Shown here piece after piece: positions 12,799 to 25,708 of a DNA stretch of 64,000 bases. The stretch's first letter is position 1. Each line of letters starts with the position of its first letter. Below the pieces are notes generated by a model. The model was not told the origin of the DNA. It searched no databases and was given only the letters and a program-made list of their open reading frames with translations. The DNA comes from Eledone cirrhosa (Eukaryota). Position numbers and translations under genes: made by a program. The stretch is taken from contig OZ024740.1 in NCBI GenBank assembly GCA_964016885.1, forward strand, positions 81,654,001 to 81,718,000, given 5' to 3'.

Positions 12799-15349
12799 AA
12801 AACAGAATCGCAGTATAGGTAAATATATGTGATAAAATGGGGAGAAAAATACTGCTGGTAGCACATGGATAACATGTAATAAAATAAGTCCCTCATCAGT
12901 GATTTGCCGACGATCATAGATATTTCATTGCATTAAAAATCATATACCTCACGTCGGTGCAATAATAACTAAATTAAGTTATTAGGACAATTAAAACGCG
13001 TAAAGCGAGTGAGACAGGAAAACAACAAAGAGTAGAGCTAACCGTAGAGGAAGGAAACAAGCTTCATAGTTATTCTTTTAGCGTAAGCTAGGTGAATATA
13101 TGAGCGCTTAGAAAAAAGACCTTTCGCGAACGAATGCAATGTAAGAAAGAGAGAAATTGCTTTCGTTACGAACGGGGTGAAGTGAGGAGAGGAGAAACAG
13201 TGAGTGAGTGAGTGGAAGTGTGAGGAAGAGTTAACTGACACGACAGAGGGGGCGAAAGAAAGTAGGAGAAACAGAGAGAATGAGGAAGCAGTGAGAGAGA
13301 GAGAGAGAGAGAGAAAAAAAAACAGAATCGCAGTATAGGTAAATATATGTGATAAAATGGGGAGAAAAATACTGCTGGTAGCACATGGATAACATGTAAT
13401 AAAATAAGTCCCTCATCAGTGATTTGCCGACGATCATAGATATTTCATTGCATTAAAAATCATATACCTCACGTCGGTGCAATAATAACTAAATTAAGTT
13501 ATTAGGACAATTAAAACGCGTATAGCGAGTGAGACAGGAAAACAACAAAGAGTAGAGCTAACCGTAGAGGTAGGAAACAAGCTTCATAGTTATTCTGTTA
13601 GCGTAAGCTAGGTGAATATATGAGCGCTTAGAAAAAAGACCTTTCGCGAACGAATGCAATGTAAGAAAGGGAGAAATTGCTTTCGTTACGAACGGGGTGA
13701 AGGGAGGAGAGGAGAAACAGTGAGTGAGTGAGTGGAAGTGTGAGGAAGAGTTAACTGACACGACAGAGGAGGCGAAAGAAAGTAGGAGAAACAGAGAGAA
13801 TGAGGGAGCAGTAAGAGAGAGAGAGAAATAAAAAACAGAATCGCAGTATAGGTAAATATATGTGATAAAATGGGGAGAAAAATACTGCTGGTAGCACATG
13901 GATAACATGTAATAAAATAAGTCCCTCATCAGTGATTTGCCGACGATCATAGATATTTCATTGCATTAAAAATCATATACCTCACGTCGGTGCAATAATA
14001 ACTAAATTAAGTTATTAGGACAATTAAAACGCGTAAAGCGAGTGAGACAGGAAAACAACAAAGAGTAGAGCTAACCGTAGAGGAAGGAAACAAGCTTCAT
14101 AGTTATTCTTTTAGCGTAAGCTAGGTGAATATATGAGCGCTTAGAAAAAAGACCTTTCGCGAACGAATGCAATGTAAGAAAGAGAGAAATTGCTTTCGTT
14201 ACGAACGGGGTGAAGTGAGGAGAGGAGAAACAGTGAGTGAGTGAGTGGAAGTGTGAGGAAGAGTTAACTGACACGACAGAGGGGGCGAAAGAAATTAGGA
14301 GAATCAGAGAGAATGAGGGAGCAGTAAGAGAGAGAGAGAGAGAAAAAAAAACAGAATCGCAGTATAGGTAAATATATGTGATAAAATAGGGAGAAAAATA
14401 CTGCTGGTAGCACATGGATAACATGTAATAAAATAAGTCCCTCATCAGTGATTTGCCGAGGATCATAGATATTTCATTGCATTAAAAATCATATACTTCA
14501 CGTCGGTGCAATTATAACTAAATTAAGTTATTAGAACAACTAAAACGCGTATAGCGAGTGACACAGGAAAACAACAAAGAGTAGAGCTAACCGTAGAGGA
14601 AGGAAACAAGCTTCATAGTTATTCTGTTAGCGTAAGCTAGGTGAATATATGAGCGCTTAGAAAAAAAAACTTTCGCGAACGAATGCAATGTAAGAAAGAG
14701 AGAAATTGCTTTCGTTACGAACGGGGTGAAGTGAGGAGAGGAGAAACAGTGAGTGAGTGAGTGGAAGTGTGAGGAAGAGTTAACTGACACGACAGAGGGG
14801 GCGAAAGAAAGTAGGAGAAACAGAGAGAATGAGGGAGCAGTAAGAGAGAGAGAGAGAAAAAAACAGAATCGCAGTATAGGTAAATATATGTGATAAAATG
14901 GGGAGAAAAATACTGCTGGTAGCACATGGATAACATGTAATAAAATAAGTCCCTCATCAGTGATTTGCCGACGATCATAGATAATTCATCGCATTAAAAT
15001 TCATATACCTCACGTCGGTGCAATAATAACTAAATTAAGTTATTAGGACAATTAAAACGCGTAAAGCGAGTGTGACAGGAAAACAACAAAGAGTAGAGCT
15101 AACCGTGGAGGAAGGAAACAAGCTTCATAGTTATTCTGTTAGCGTAAGCTAGGTGAATATATGAGCGCTTAGAAAAAAGACCTTTCGCGAACGAATGCAA
15201 TGTAAGAAAGAGAGAAATTGCTTTCGTTACGAACGGGGTGAAGTGAGGAGAGGAGAAACAGTGAGTGAGTGAGTGGAAGTGTGGGGAAGAGTTAACTGAC
15301 ACGACAGAGGGGGCGAAAGAAAGTAGGAGAAACAGAGAGAATGAGGAAG

Positions 15350-15387
<38 letters not shown>

Positions 15388-15882
15388 AAAACAGAATCGC
15401 AGTATAGGTAAATATATGTGATAAAATGGGGAGAAAAATACTGCTGGTAGCACATGGATAACATGTAATAAAATAAGTCCCTCATCAGTGATTTGCCGAC
15501 GATCATAGATATTTCATTGCATTAAAAATCATATACCTCACGTCGGTGCAATAATAACTAAATTAAGTTATTAGGACAATTAAAACGCGTAAAGCGAGTG
15601 AGACAGGAAAACAACAAAGAGTAGAGCTAACCGTAGAGGAAGGAAACAAGCTTCATAGTTATTCTTTTAACGTAAGCTAGGTGAATATATGAGCGCTTAG
15701 AAAAAAGACCTTTCGCGAACGAATGCAATGTAAGAAAGAGAGAAATTGCTTTCGTTACGAACGGGGTGAAGTGAGGAGAGGAGAAACAGTGAGTGAGTGA
15801 GTGGAAGTGTGAGGAAGAGTTAACTGACACGACAGAGGGGGCGAAAGAAAGTAGGAGAATCAGAGAGAATGAGGGAGCAGTA

Positions 15883-15913
<31 letters not shown>

Positions 15914-18900
15914 AAAACAGAATCGCAGTATAGGTAAATATATGTGATAAAATAGGGAGAAAAATACTGCTGGTAGCACATGGATAACATGTAATAAAAT
16001 AAGTCCCTCATCAGTGATTTGCCGACGATCATAGATATTTCATTGCATTAAAATTCATATACCTCACGTCGGTGCAATAATAACTAAATTAAGTTATTAG
16101 GACAATTAAAACGCGTAAAGCGAGTGAGACAGGAAAACAACAAAGAGTAGAGCTAACCGTAGAGGAAGGAAACAAGCTTCATAGTTATTCTGTTAGCGTA
16201 AGCTAGGTGAATATATGAGCGCTTAGAAAAAAGATCTTTCGCGAACGAATGCAATGTAAGAAAGAGAGAAATTGCTTTCGTTACGAACGGGGTGAAGTGA
16301 GGAGAGGAGAAACATTGAGGTAGTGAGTGGAAGTGTGAGGAAGAGTTAACTGACACGACAGAGGGGGCGAAAGAAAGTAGGAGAAACAGAGAGAATGAGG
16401 AAGCAGTGAGAGAGAGAGAGAGAGAGAGAAAAAAAAACAGAATCGCAGTATAGGTAAATATATGTGATAAAATGGGGAGAAAAATACTGCTGGTAGCACA
16501 TGGATAACATGTAATAAAATAAGTCCCTCATCAGTGATTTGCCGACGATCATAGATATTTCATTGCATTAAAAATCATATACCTCACGTCGGTGCAATAA
16601 TAACTAAATTAAGTTATTAGGACAATTAAAACGCGTATAGCGAGTGAGACAGGAAAACAACAAAGAGTAGAGCTAACCGTAGAGGTAGGAAACAAGCTTC
16701 ATAGTTATTCTGTTAGCGTAAGCTAGGTGAATATATGAGCGCTTAGAAAAAAGACCTTTCGCGAACGAATGCAATGTAAGAAAGGGAGAAATTGCTTTCG
16801 TTACGAACGGGGTGAAGGGAGGAGAGGAGAAACAGTGAGTGAGTGAGTGGAAGTGTGAGGAAGAGTTAACTGACACGACAGAGGAGGCGAAAGAAAGTAG
16901 GAGAAACAGAGAGAATGAGGGAGCAGTAAGAGAGAGAGAGAAATAAAAAACAGAATCGCAGTATAGGTAAATATATGTGATAAAATGGGGAGAAAAATAC
17001 TGCTGGTAGCACATGGATAACATGTAATAAAATAAGTCCCTCATCAGTGATTTGCCGACGATCATAGATATTTCATTGCATTAAAAATCATATACCTCAC
17101 GTCGGTGCAATAATGACTAAATTAAGTTATTAGGACAATTAAAACGCGTAAAGCGAGTGAGACAGGAAAACAACAAAGAGTAGAGCTAACCGTAGAGGAA
17201 GGAAACAAGCTTCATAGTTATTCTTTTAGCGTAAGCTAGGTGAATATATGAGCGCTTAGAAGAAAGACCTTTCGCGAACGAATGCAATGTAAGAAAGAGA
17301 GAAATTGCTTTCGTTACGAACGGGGTGAAGTGAGGAGAGGAGAAACAGTGAGTGAGTGAGTGGAAGTGTGAGGAAGAGTTAACTGACACGACAGAGGGGG
17401 CGAAAGAAATTAGGAGAATCAGAGAGAATGAGGGAGCAGTAAGAGAGAGAGAGAGAGAAAAAAAAACAGAATCGCAGTATAGGTAAATATATGTGATAAA
17501 ATAGGGAGAAAAATACTGCTGGTAGCACATGGATAACATGTAATAAAATAAGTCCCTCATCAGTGATTTGCCGACGATCATAGATATTTCATTGCATTAA
17601 AATTCATATACCTCACGTCGGTGCAATAATAACTAAATTAAGTTATTAGGACAATTAAAACGCGTAAAGCGAGTGAGACAGGAAAACAACAAAGAGTAGA
17701 GCTAACCGTAGAGGAAGGAAACAAGCTTCATAGTTATTCTGTTAGCGTAAGCTAGGTGAATATATGAGCGCTTAGAAAAAAGATCTTTCGCGAACGAATG
17801 CAATGTAAGAAAGAGAGAAATTGCTTTCGTTACGAACGGGGTGAAGTGAGGAGAGGAGAAACAGTGAGGTAGTGAGTGGAAGTGTGAGGAAGAGTTAACT
17901 GACACGACAGAGGGGGCGAAAGAAAGTAGGAGAAACAGAGAGAATGAGCAAGCAGTGAGAGAGAGAGAGAGAGAGAGAAAAAAAACAGAATCGAAGTATA
18001 GGTAAATATAAGGGATAAAATGGGGAGAAAAATACTGCTGGTAGAACATGGATAACATGTAATAAAATAAGTCCCTCATCAGTGATTTGCCGACGATCAT
18101 AGATATTTCATTGCATTAAAAATCATATACCTCACGTCCGTGCAATAATAACTAAATTAAGTTATTAGGACAATTAAAACGCGTAAAGCGAGTGAGACAG
18201 GAAAACAACAAAGAGTAGAGCTAACCGTAGAGGAAGGAAACAAGCTTCATAGTTATTCTGTTAGCGTAAGCTAGGTGAATATATGAGCGCTTAAAAAAAA
18301 GACCTTTCGCGAACGAATGCAATGTAAGAAAGAGAGAAATAGCTTTCGTTACGAACGGGGTGAAGTGAGGAGAGGAGAAACAGTGAGTGAGTGAGTGGAA
18401 GTGTGGGGAAGAGTTAACTGACACGACAGAGGGGGCGAAAGAAAGTAGGAGAAACAGAGAGAATGAGGAAGCAGTGAGAGAGAGAGAGAAAAAAAAACAG
18501 AATCGCAGTATAGGTAAATATATGTGATAAAATGGGGAGAAAAATACTGCTGGTAGCACATGGATAACATGTAATAAAATAAGTCCCTCATCAGTGATTT
18601 GCCGACGATTATAGATATTTCATTGCATTAAAAATCATATACCTCACGTCGGTGCAATAATAACTAAATTCAGTTTTTAGGACAATTAAAACGCGTAAAG
18701 CGAGTGAGACAGGAAAACAACAAAGAGTAGAGCTAACCTTAGTGGAAGGAAACAAGCTTCATAGTTATTCTGTTAGCGTAAGCTAGGTGAATATATGAGC
18801 GCTTAGAAAAAAGACCTTTCGCGAACGAATGTAATGTAAGAAAGAGAGAAATTGCTTTCGTTACGAACGGGGTGAAGTGAGGAGAGGAGAAACAATGAGT

Positions 18901-21900
18901 GAGTGAGTGGAAGTGTGAGGAAGAGTTAACTGACACGACAGAGGGGGCGAAAGAAAGTAGGAGAAACAGAGAGAATGAGGGAGCAGTAAGAGAGAGAGAG
19001 AGAAAAAAAACAGAATCGCAGTATAGGTAAATATATGTGATAAAATGGGGAGAAAAATACTGCTGGTAGCACATGGATAACATGTAATAAAATAAGTCCC
19101 TCATCAGTGATTTGCCGAGGATCATAGATATTTCATTGCATTAAAAATCATATACCTCACGTCGGTGCAATAATAACTAAATTAAGTTATTAGGACAATT
19201 AAAACGCGTAAAGCGAGTGAGACAGGAAAACAACAAAGAGTAGAGCTAACCGTAGAGGAAGGAAACAAGCTTCATAGTTATTCTGTTAGCGTAAGCTAGG
19301 TGAATATATGAGCGCTTAAAAAAAAGACCTTTCGCGAACGAATGCAATGTAAGAAAGAGAGAAATAGCTTTCGTTACGAACGGGGTGAAGTGAGGAGAGG
19401 AGAAACAGTGAGTGAGTGAGTGGAAGTGTGGGGAAGAGTTAACTGACACGACAGAGGGGGCGAAAGAAAGTAGGAGAAACAGAGAGAATGAGGAAGCAGT
19501 GAGAGAGAGAGAGAAAAAAAAACAGAATCGCAGTATAGGTAAATATATGTGATAAAATGGGGAGAAAAATACTGCTGGTAGCACATGGATAACATGTAAT
19601 AAAATAAGTCCCTCATCAGTGATTTGCCGACGATTATAGATATTTCATTGCATTAAAAATCATATACCTCACGTCGGTGCAATAATAACTAAATTCAGTT
19701 TTTAGGACAATTAAAACGCGTAAAGCGAGTGAGACAGGAAAACAACAAAGAGTAGAGCTAACCTTAGTGGAAGGAAACAAGCTTCATAGTTATTCTGTTA
19801 GCGTAAGCTAGGTGAATATATGAGCGCTTAGAAAAAAGACCTTTCGCGAACGAATGTAATGTAAGAAAGAGAGAAATTGCTTTCGTTACGAACGGGGTGA
19901 AGTGAGGAGAGGAGAAACAATGAGTGAGTGAGTGGAAGTGTGAGGAAGAGTTAACTGACACGACAGAGGGGGCGAAAGAAAGTAGGAGAAACAGAGAGAA
20001 TGAGGGAGCAGTAAGAGAGAGAGAGAGAAAAAAAACAGAATCGCAGTATAGGTAAATATATGTGATAAAATGGGGAGAAAAATACTGCTGGTAGCACATG
20101 GATAACATGTAATAAAATAAGTCCCTCATCAGTGATTTGCCGAGGATCATAGATATTTCATTGCATTAAAAATCATATACCTCACGTCGGTGCAATAACA
20201 ACTAAATTAAGTTATTAGGACAATTAAAACGCGTATAGCGAGTGACACAGGAAAACAACAAAGAGTAGAGCTAACCGTAGAGGAAGGAAACAAGCTTCAT
20301 AGTTATTTTGTTAGCGTAAGCTAGGTGAATATATGAGCGCTTAGAAAAAAAAACTTTCTCGAACGAATGCAATGTAAGAAAGAGAGAAATTGCTTTCGTT
20401 ACGAACGGGGTGAAGTGAGGAGAGGAGAAACAGTGAGTGAGTGAGTGGAAGTGTGAGGAAGAGTTAACTGACACGACAGAGGGGGCGAAAGAAAGTAGGA
20501 GAAACAGAGAGAATGAGGGAGCAGTAAGAGAGAGAGAGAGAGAAAAAAACAGAATCGCAGTATAGGTAAATATATGTGATAAAATAGGGAGAAAAATACT
20601 GCTGGTAGCACATGGATAACATGTAATAAAATAAGTCCCTCATCAGTGATTTGCCGACGATCATAGATATTTCATTGCATTAAAATTCATATACCTCACG
20701 TCGGTGCAATAATAACTAAATTAAGTTATTAGGACAATTAAAACGCGTAAAGCGAGTGAGACAGGAAAACAACAAAGAGTAGAGCTAACCGTAGAGGAAG
20801 AAAACAAGCTTCATAGTTATTCTGTTAGCGAAAGCTAGGTGAATATATGAGCGCTTAGAAAAAAGATCTTTCGCGAACGAATGCAATGTAAGAAAGAGAG
20901 AAATTGCTTTCGTTACGAACGGGGTGAAGTGAGGAGAGGAGAAACAGTGAGGTAGTGAGTGGAAGTGTGAGGAAGAGTTAACTGACACGACAGAGGGGGC
21001 GAAAGAAAGTAGGAGAAACAGAGAGAATGAGCAAGCAGTGAGAGAGAGAGAGAGAGAGAAAAAAAAACAGAATCGCAGTATAGGTAAATATAAGTGATAA
21101 AATGGGGAGAAAAATACTGCTGGTAGAACATGGATAACATGTAATAAAATAAGTCCCTCATCAGTGATTTGCCGACGTTCATAGATAATTCATTGCATTA
21201 AAATTCATATACCTCACGTCGGTGCAATAATAACTAAATTAAGTTATTAGGACAATTAAAACGCGTAAAGCGAGTGTGACAGGAAAACAACAAAGAGTAG
21301 AGCTAACCGTGGAGGAAGGAAACAAGCTTCATAGTTATTCTGTTAGCGTAAGCTAGGTGAATATATGAGCGCTTAGAAAAAAGACCTTTCGCGAACGAAT
21401 GCAATGTAAGAAAGACAGAAATTGCTTTCGTTACGAACGGGGTGAAGTGAGGAGAGGAGAAACAGTGAGTGAGTGAGTGGAAGTGTGAGGAAGAGTTAAC
21501 TGACACGACAGAGGGGGCGAAAGAAAGTAGGAGAAACAGAGAGAATGAGGGAGCAGTAAGAGAGAGAGAGAGAAAAAAACAGAATCGCAGTATAGGTAAA
21601 TATATGTGATAAAATAGGGAGAAAAATACTGCTGGTAGCACATGGATAACATGTAATAAAATAAGTCCCTCATCAGTGATTTGCCGACGATCATAGATAT
21701 TTCATTGCATTAAAATTCATATACCTCACGTCGGTGCAATAATAACTAAATTAAGTTATTAGGACAATTAAAAGCGTAAAGCGAGTGAGACAGGAAAACA
21801 ACAAAGAGTAGAGCTAACCGTAGAGGAAGAAAACAAGCTTCATAGTTATTCTGTTAGCGTAAGCTAGGTGAATATATGAGCGCTTAGAAAAAAGATCTTT

Positions 21901-24900
21901 CGCGAACGAATGCAATGTAAGAAAGAGAGAAATTGCTTTCGTTACGAACGGGGTGAAGTGAGGAGAGGAGAAACAGTGAGGTAGTGAGTGGAAGTGTGAG
22001 GAAGAGTTAACTGACACGACAGAGGGGGCGAAAGAAAGTAGGAGAAACAGAGAGAATGAGCAAGCAGTGAGAGAGAGAGAGAGAGAGAGAAAAAAAAACA
22101 GAATCGCAGTATAGGTAAATATAAGTGATAAAATGGGGATAAAAATACTGCTGGTAGAACATGGATAACATGTAATAAAATAAGTCCCTCATCAGTGATT
22201 TGCCGACGATTATAGATATTTCATTGCATTAAAAATCATATACCTCACGTCGGTGCAATAATAACTAAATTAAGTTATTAGGACAATTAAAACGCGTAAA
22301 GCGAGTGAGACAGGAAAACAACAAAGAGTAGAGCTAACCGTAGAGGAAGGAAACAAGCTTCATAGTTATTTTGTTAGCGTAAGCTAGGTGAATATATGGG
22401 CGCTCAGAAAAAAGACCTTTCGCGCACGAATGTAATGTAAGAAAGAGAGAAATTGCTTTCGTTACGAACGGGGTGAAGTGAGGAGAGGAGAAACAGTGAG
22501 TGAGTGAGTGGAAGTGTGAGGAAGAGTTAACTGACACGACAGAGGGGGCGAAAGAAAGTAGGAGAAACAGAGAGAATGAGGGAGCAGTAAGAGAGAGAGA
22601 GAGAAAAAAAACAGAATCGCAGTATAGGTAAATATATGTGATAAAATGGGGAGAAAAATACTGCTGGTAGCACATGGATAACATGTAATAAAATAAGTCC
22701 CTCATCAGTGATTTGCCGAGGATCATAGATATTTCATTGCATTAAAAATCATATACCTCACGTCGGTGCAATAATAACTAAATTAAGTTATTAGGACAAT
22801 TAAAACGCGTATAGCGAGTGACACAGGAAAACAACAAAGAGTAGAGCTAACCGTAGAGGAAGGAAACAAGCTTCATAGTTATTCTGTTAGCGTAAGCTAG
22901 GTGAATATATGAGCGCTTAGAAAAAAGACCTTTCGCGAACTAATGCAATGTAAGAAAGAGAGAAATTGCTTTCGTTACGAACGGGGTGAAGTGAGGAGAG
23001 GAGAAACAGTGAGTGAGTGAGTGGAAGTGAGAGGAAGAGTTAACTGACACGACAGAGGGGGCGAAAGAATGTAGGAGAATCAGAGAGAATGAGGGAGCAG
23101 TAAGAGAGAGAGAGAGAAAAAAAAAACAGAATCGCAGTATAGGTAAATATATGTGATAAAATGGGGCGAAAAATACTGCTGGTAGCACATGGATAACATG
23201 TAATAAAATAAGTCCCTCATCAGTGATTTGCCGACGATTATAGATATTTCATTGCATTAAAAATCATATACCTCACGTCGGTGCAATAATAACTAAATTA
23301 AGCTATTAGGACAATTAAAACGCGTAAAGCGAGTGAGACAGGAAAACAACAAAGAGTAGAGCTAACCGTAGAGGAAGGAAACAAGCTTCATAGTTATTCT
23401 GTTAGCGTAAGCTAGGTGAATATATGAGCGCTTAGAAAAAAGACCTTTCGCGAGCGAATGTAATGTAAGAAAGAGAGAAATTGCTTTCGTTACGAACGGG
23501 GTGAAGTGAGGAGAGGAGAAACAGTGAGTGAGTGAGTGGAAGTGTGAGGAAGAGTTAACTGACACGACAGAGGGGGCGAAAGAAAGTAGGAGAAACAGAG
23601 AGAATGAGGGAGCAGTAAGAGAGAGAGAGAGAAAAAAAAACAGAATCGCAGTATAGGTAAATATATGTGATAAAATGGGGAGAAAAATACTGCTGGTAGC
23701 ACATGGATAACATGTAATAAAATAAGTCCCTCATCAGTGATTTGCCGACGATTATAGATATTTCATTGCATTAAAAATCATATACCTCACGTCGGTGCAA
23801 TAATAACTAAATTAAGTTATTAGGACAATTAAAACGCGTAAAGCGAGTGAGACAGGAAAACAACAAAGAGTAGAGCTAACCGTAGAGGAAGGAAACAAGC
23901 TTCATAGTTATTCTGTTAGCGTAAGCTAGGTGAATATATGAGCGCTTAGAAAAAAGACCTTTCGCGAGCGAATGTAATGTAAGAAAGAGAGAAATTGCTT
24001 TCGTTACGAACGGGGTGAAGTGAGGAGAGGAGAAACAGTGAGTGAGTGAGTGGAAGTGAGAGGAAGAGTTAACTGACACGACAGAGGGGGCGAAAGAAAG
24101 TAGGAGAATCAGAGAGAATGAGGGAGCAGTAAGAGAGAGAGAGAGAAAAAAAAACAGAATCGCAGTATAGGTAAATATATGTGATAAAATGGGGAGAAAA
24201 ATACTGCTGGTAGCACATGGATAACATGTAATAAAATAAGTCCCTCATCAGTGATTTGTCGACGATCATAGATATTTCATTGCATTAAAAATCATATACC
24301 TCACGTCGGTGCAATAATAACTAAATTAAGTTATTAGGACAATTAAAACGCGTAAAGCGAGTGAGACAGGAAAACAACAAAGAGTAGAGCTAACCGTAGA
24401 GGAAGGAAACAAGCTTCATAGTTATTCTATTAGCGTAAGCTAGGTGAATATATGAGCGCTTAGAAAAAAGACCTTTCGCGAACGAATGCAATGTAAGAAA
24501 GAGAGAAATTGCTTTCGTTACGAACGGGGTGAAGTGAGGAGAGGAGAAACAGTGAGTGAATGAGTGGAAGTGTGAGGAAGAGTTAACTGACACGACAGAG
24601 GGGGCGAAAGAAAGTAGGAGAAACAGAGAGAATGAGGGAGCAGTAAGAGAGAGAGAGAGAGAAAAAAAACAGAATCGCAGTATAGGTAAATATATGTGAT
24701 AAAAGGGGAGAAAAATACTGCTGGTAGCACATGGATAACATGTAATAAAATAAGTCCCTCATCAGTGATTTGCCGACGATCATAGATATTTCATTGCATT
24801 AAAAATCATATACCTCACGTCGGTCCAATAATAACTAAATTTAGTTATTAGGACAATTAAAACGCGTATAGCGAGTGAGACAGGAAAACAACAAAGAGTA

Positions 24901-25672
24901 GAGCTAACCGTAGAGGAAGGAAACAAGCTTCATAGTTATTCTGTTAGCGTAAGCTAGGTGAATATATGGGCGCTCAGAAAAAAGACCTTTCGCGCACGAA
25001 TGTAATGTAAGAAAGAGAGAAATTGCTTTCGTTACGAACGGGGTGAAGTGAGGAGAGGAGAAACAGTGAGTGAGTGAGTGGAAGTGTGAGGAAGAGTTAA
25101 CTGACACGACAGAGGGGGCGAAAGAAAGTAGGAGAAACAGAGAGAATGAGGGAGCAGTAAGAGAGAGAGAGAGAGAAAAAAAAACAGAATCGCAGTATAG
25201 GTAAATATATGTGATAAAATGGGGAGAAAAATACTGCTGGTAGCACATGGATAACATGTAATAAAATAAGTCCCTCATCAGTGATTTGCCGAGGATCATA
25301 GATATTTCATTGCATTAAAAATCATATACCTCACGTCGGTGCAATAATAACTAAATTAAGTTATTAGGACAATTAAAACGCGTATAGCGAGTGAGACAGG
25401 AAAACAACAAAGAGTAGAGCTAACCGTAGAGGAAGGAAACAAGCTTCATAGTTATTCTGTTAGCGTAAGCTATGTGAATATATGAGCGCTTAGAAAAAAG
25501 ACCTTTCGCGAACGAATGAAATGTAAGAAAGAGAGAAATTGCTTTCGTTACGAACGGGGTGAAGTGAGGAGAGGAGAAACAGTGAGTGAGTGAGTGGAAG
25601 TGTGAGGAAGAGTTAACTGACACGACAGAGGGGGCGAAAGAAAGTAGGAGAAACAGAGAGAATGAGGGAGCA

Positions 25673-25708
<36 letters not shown>

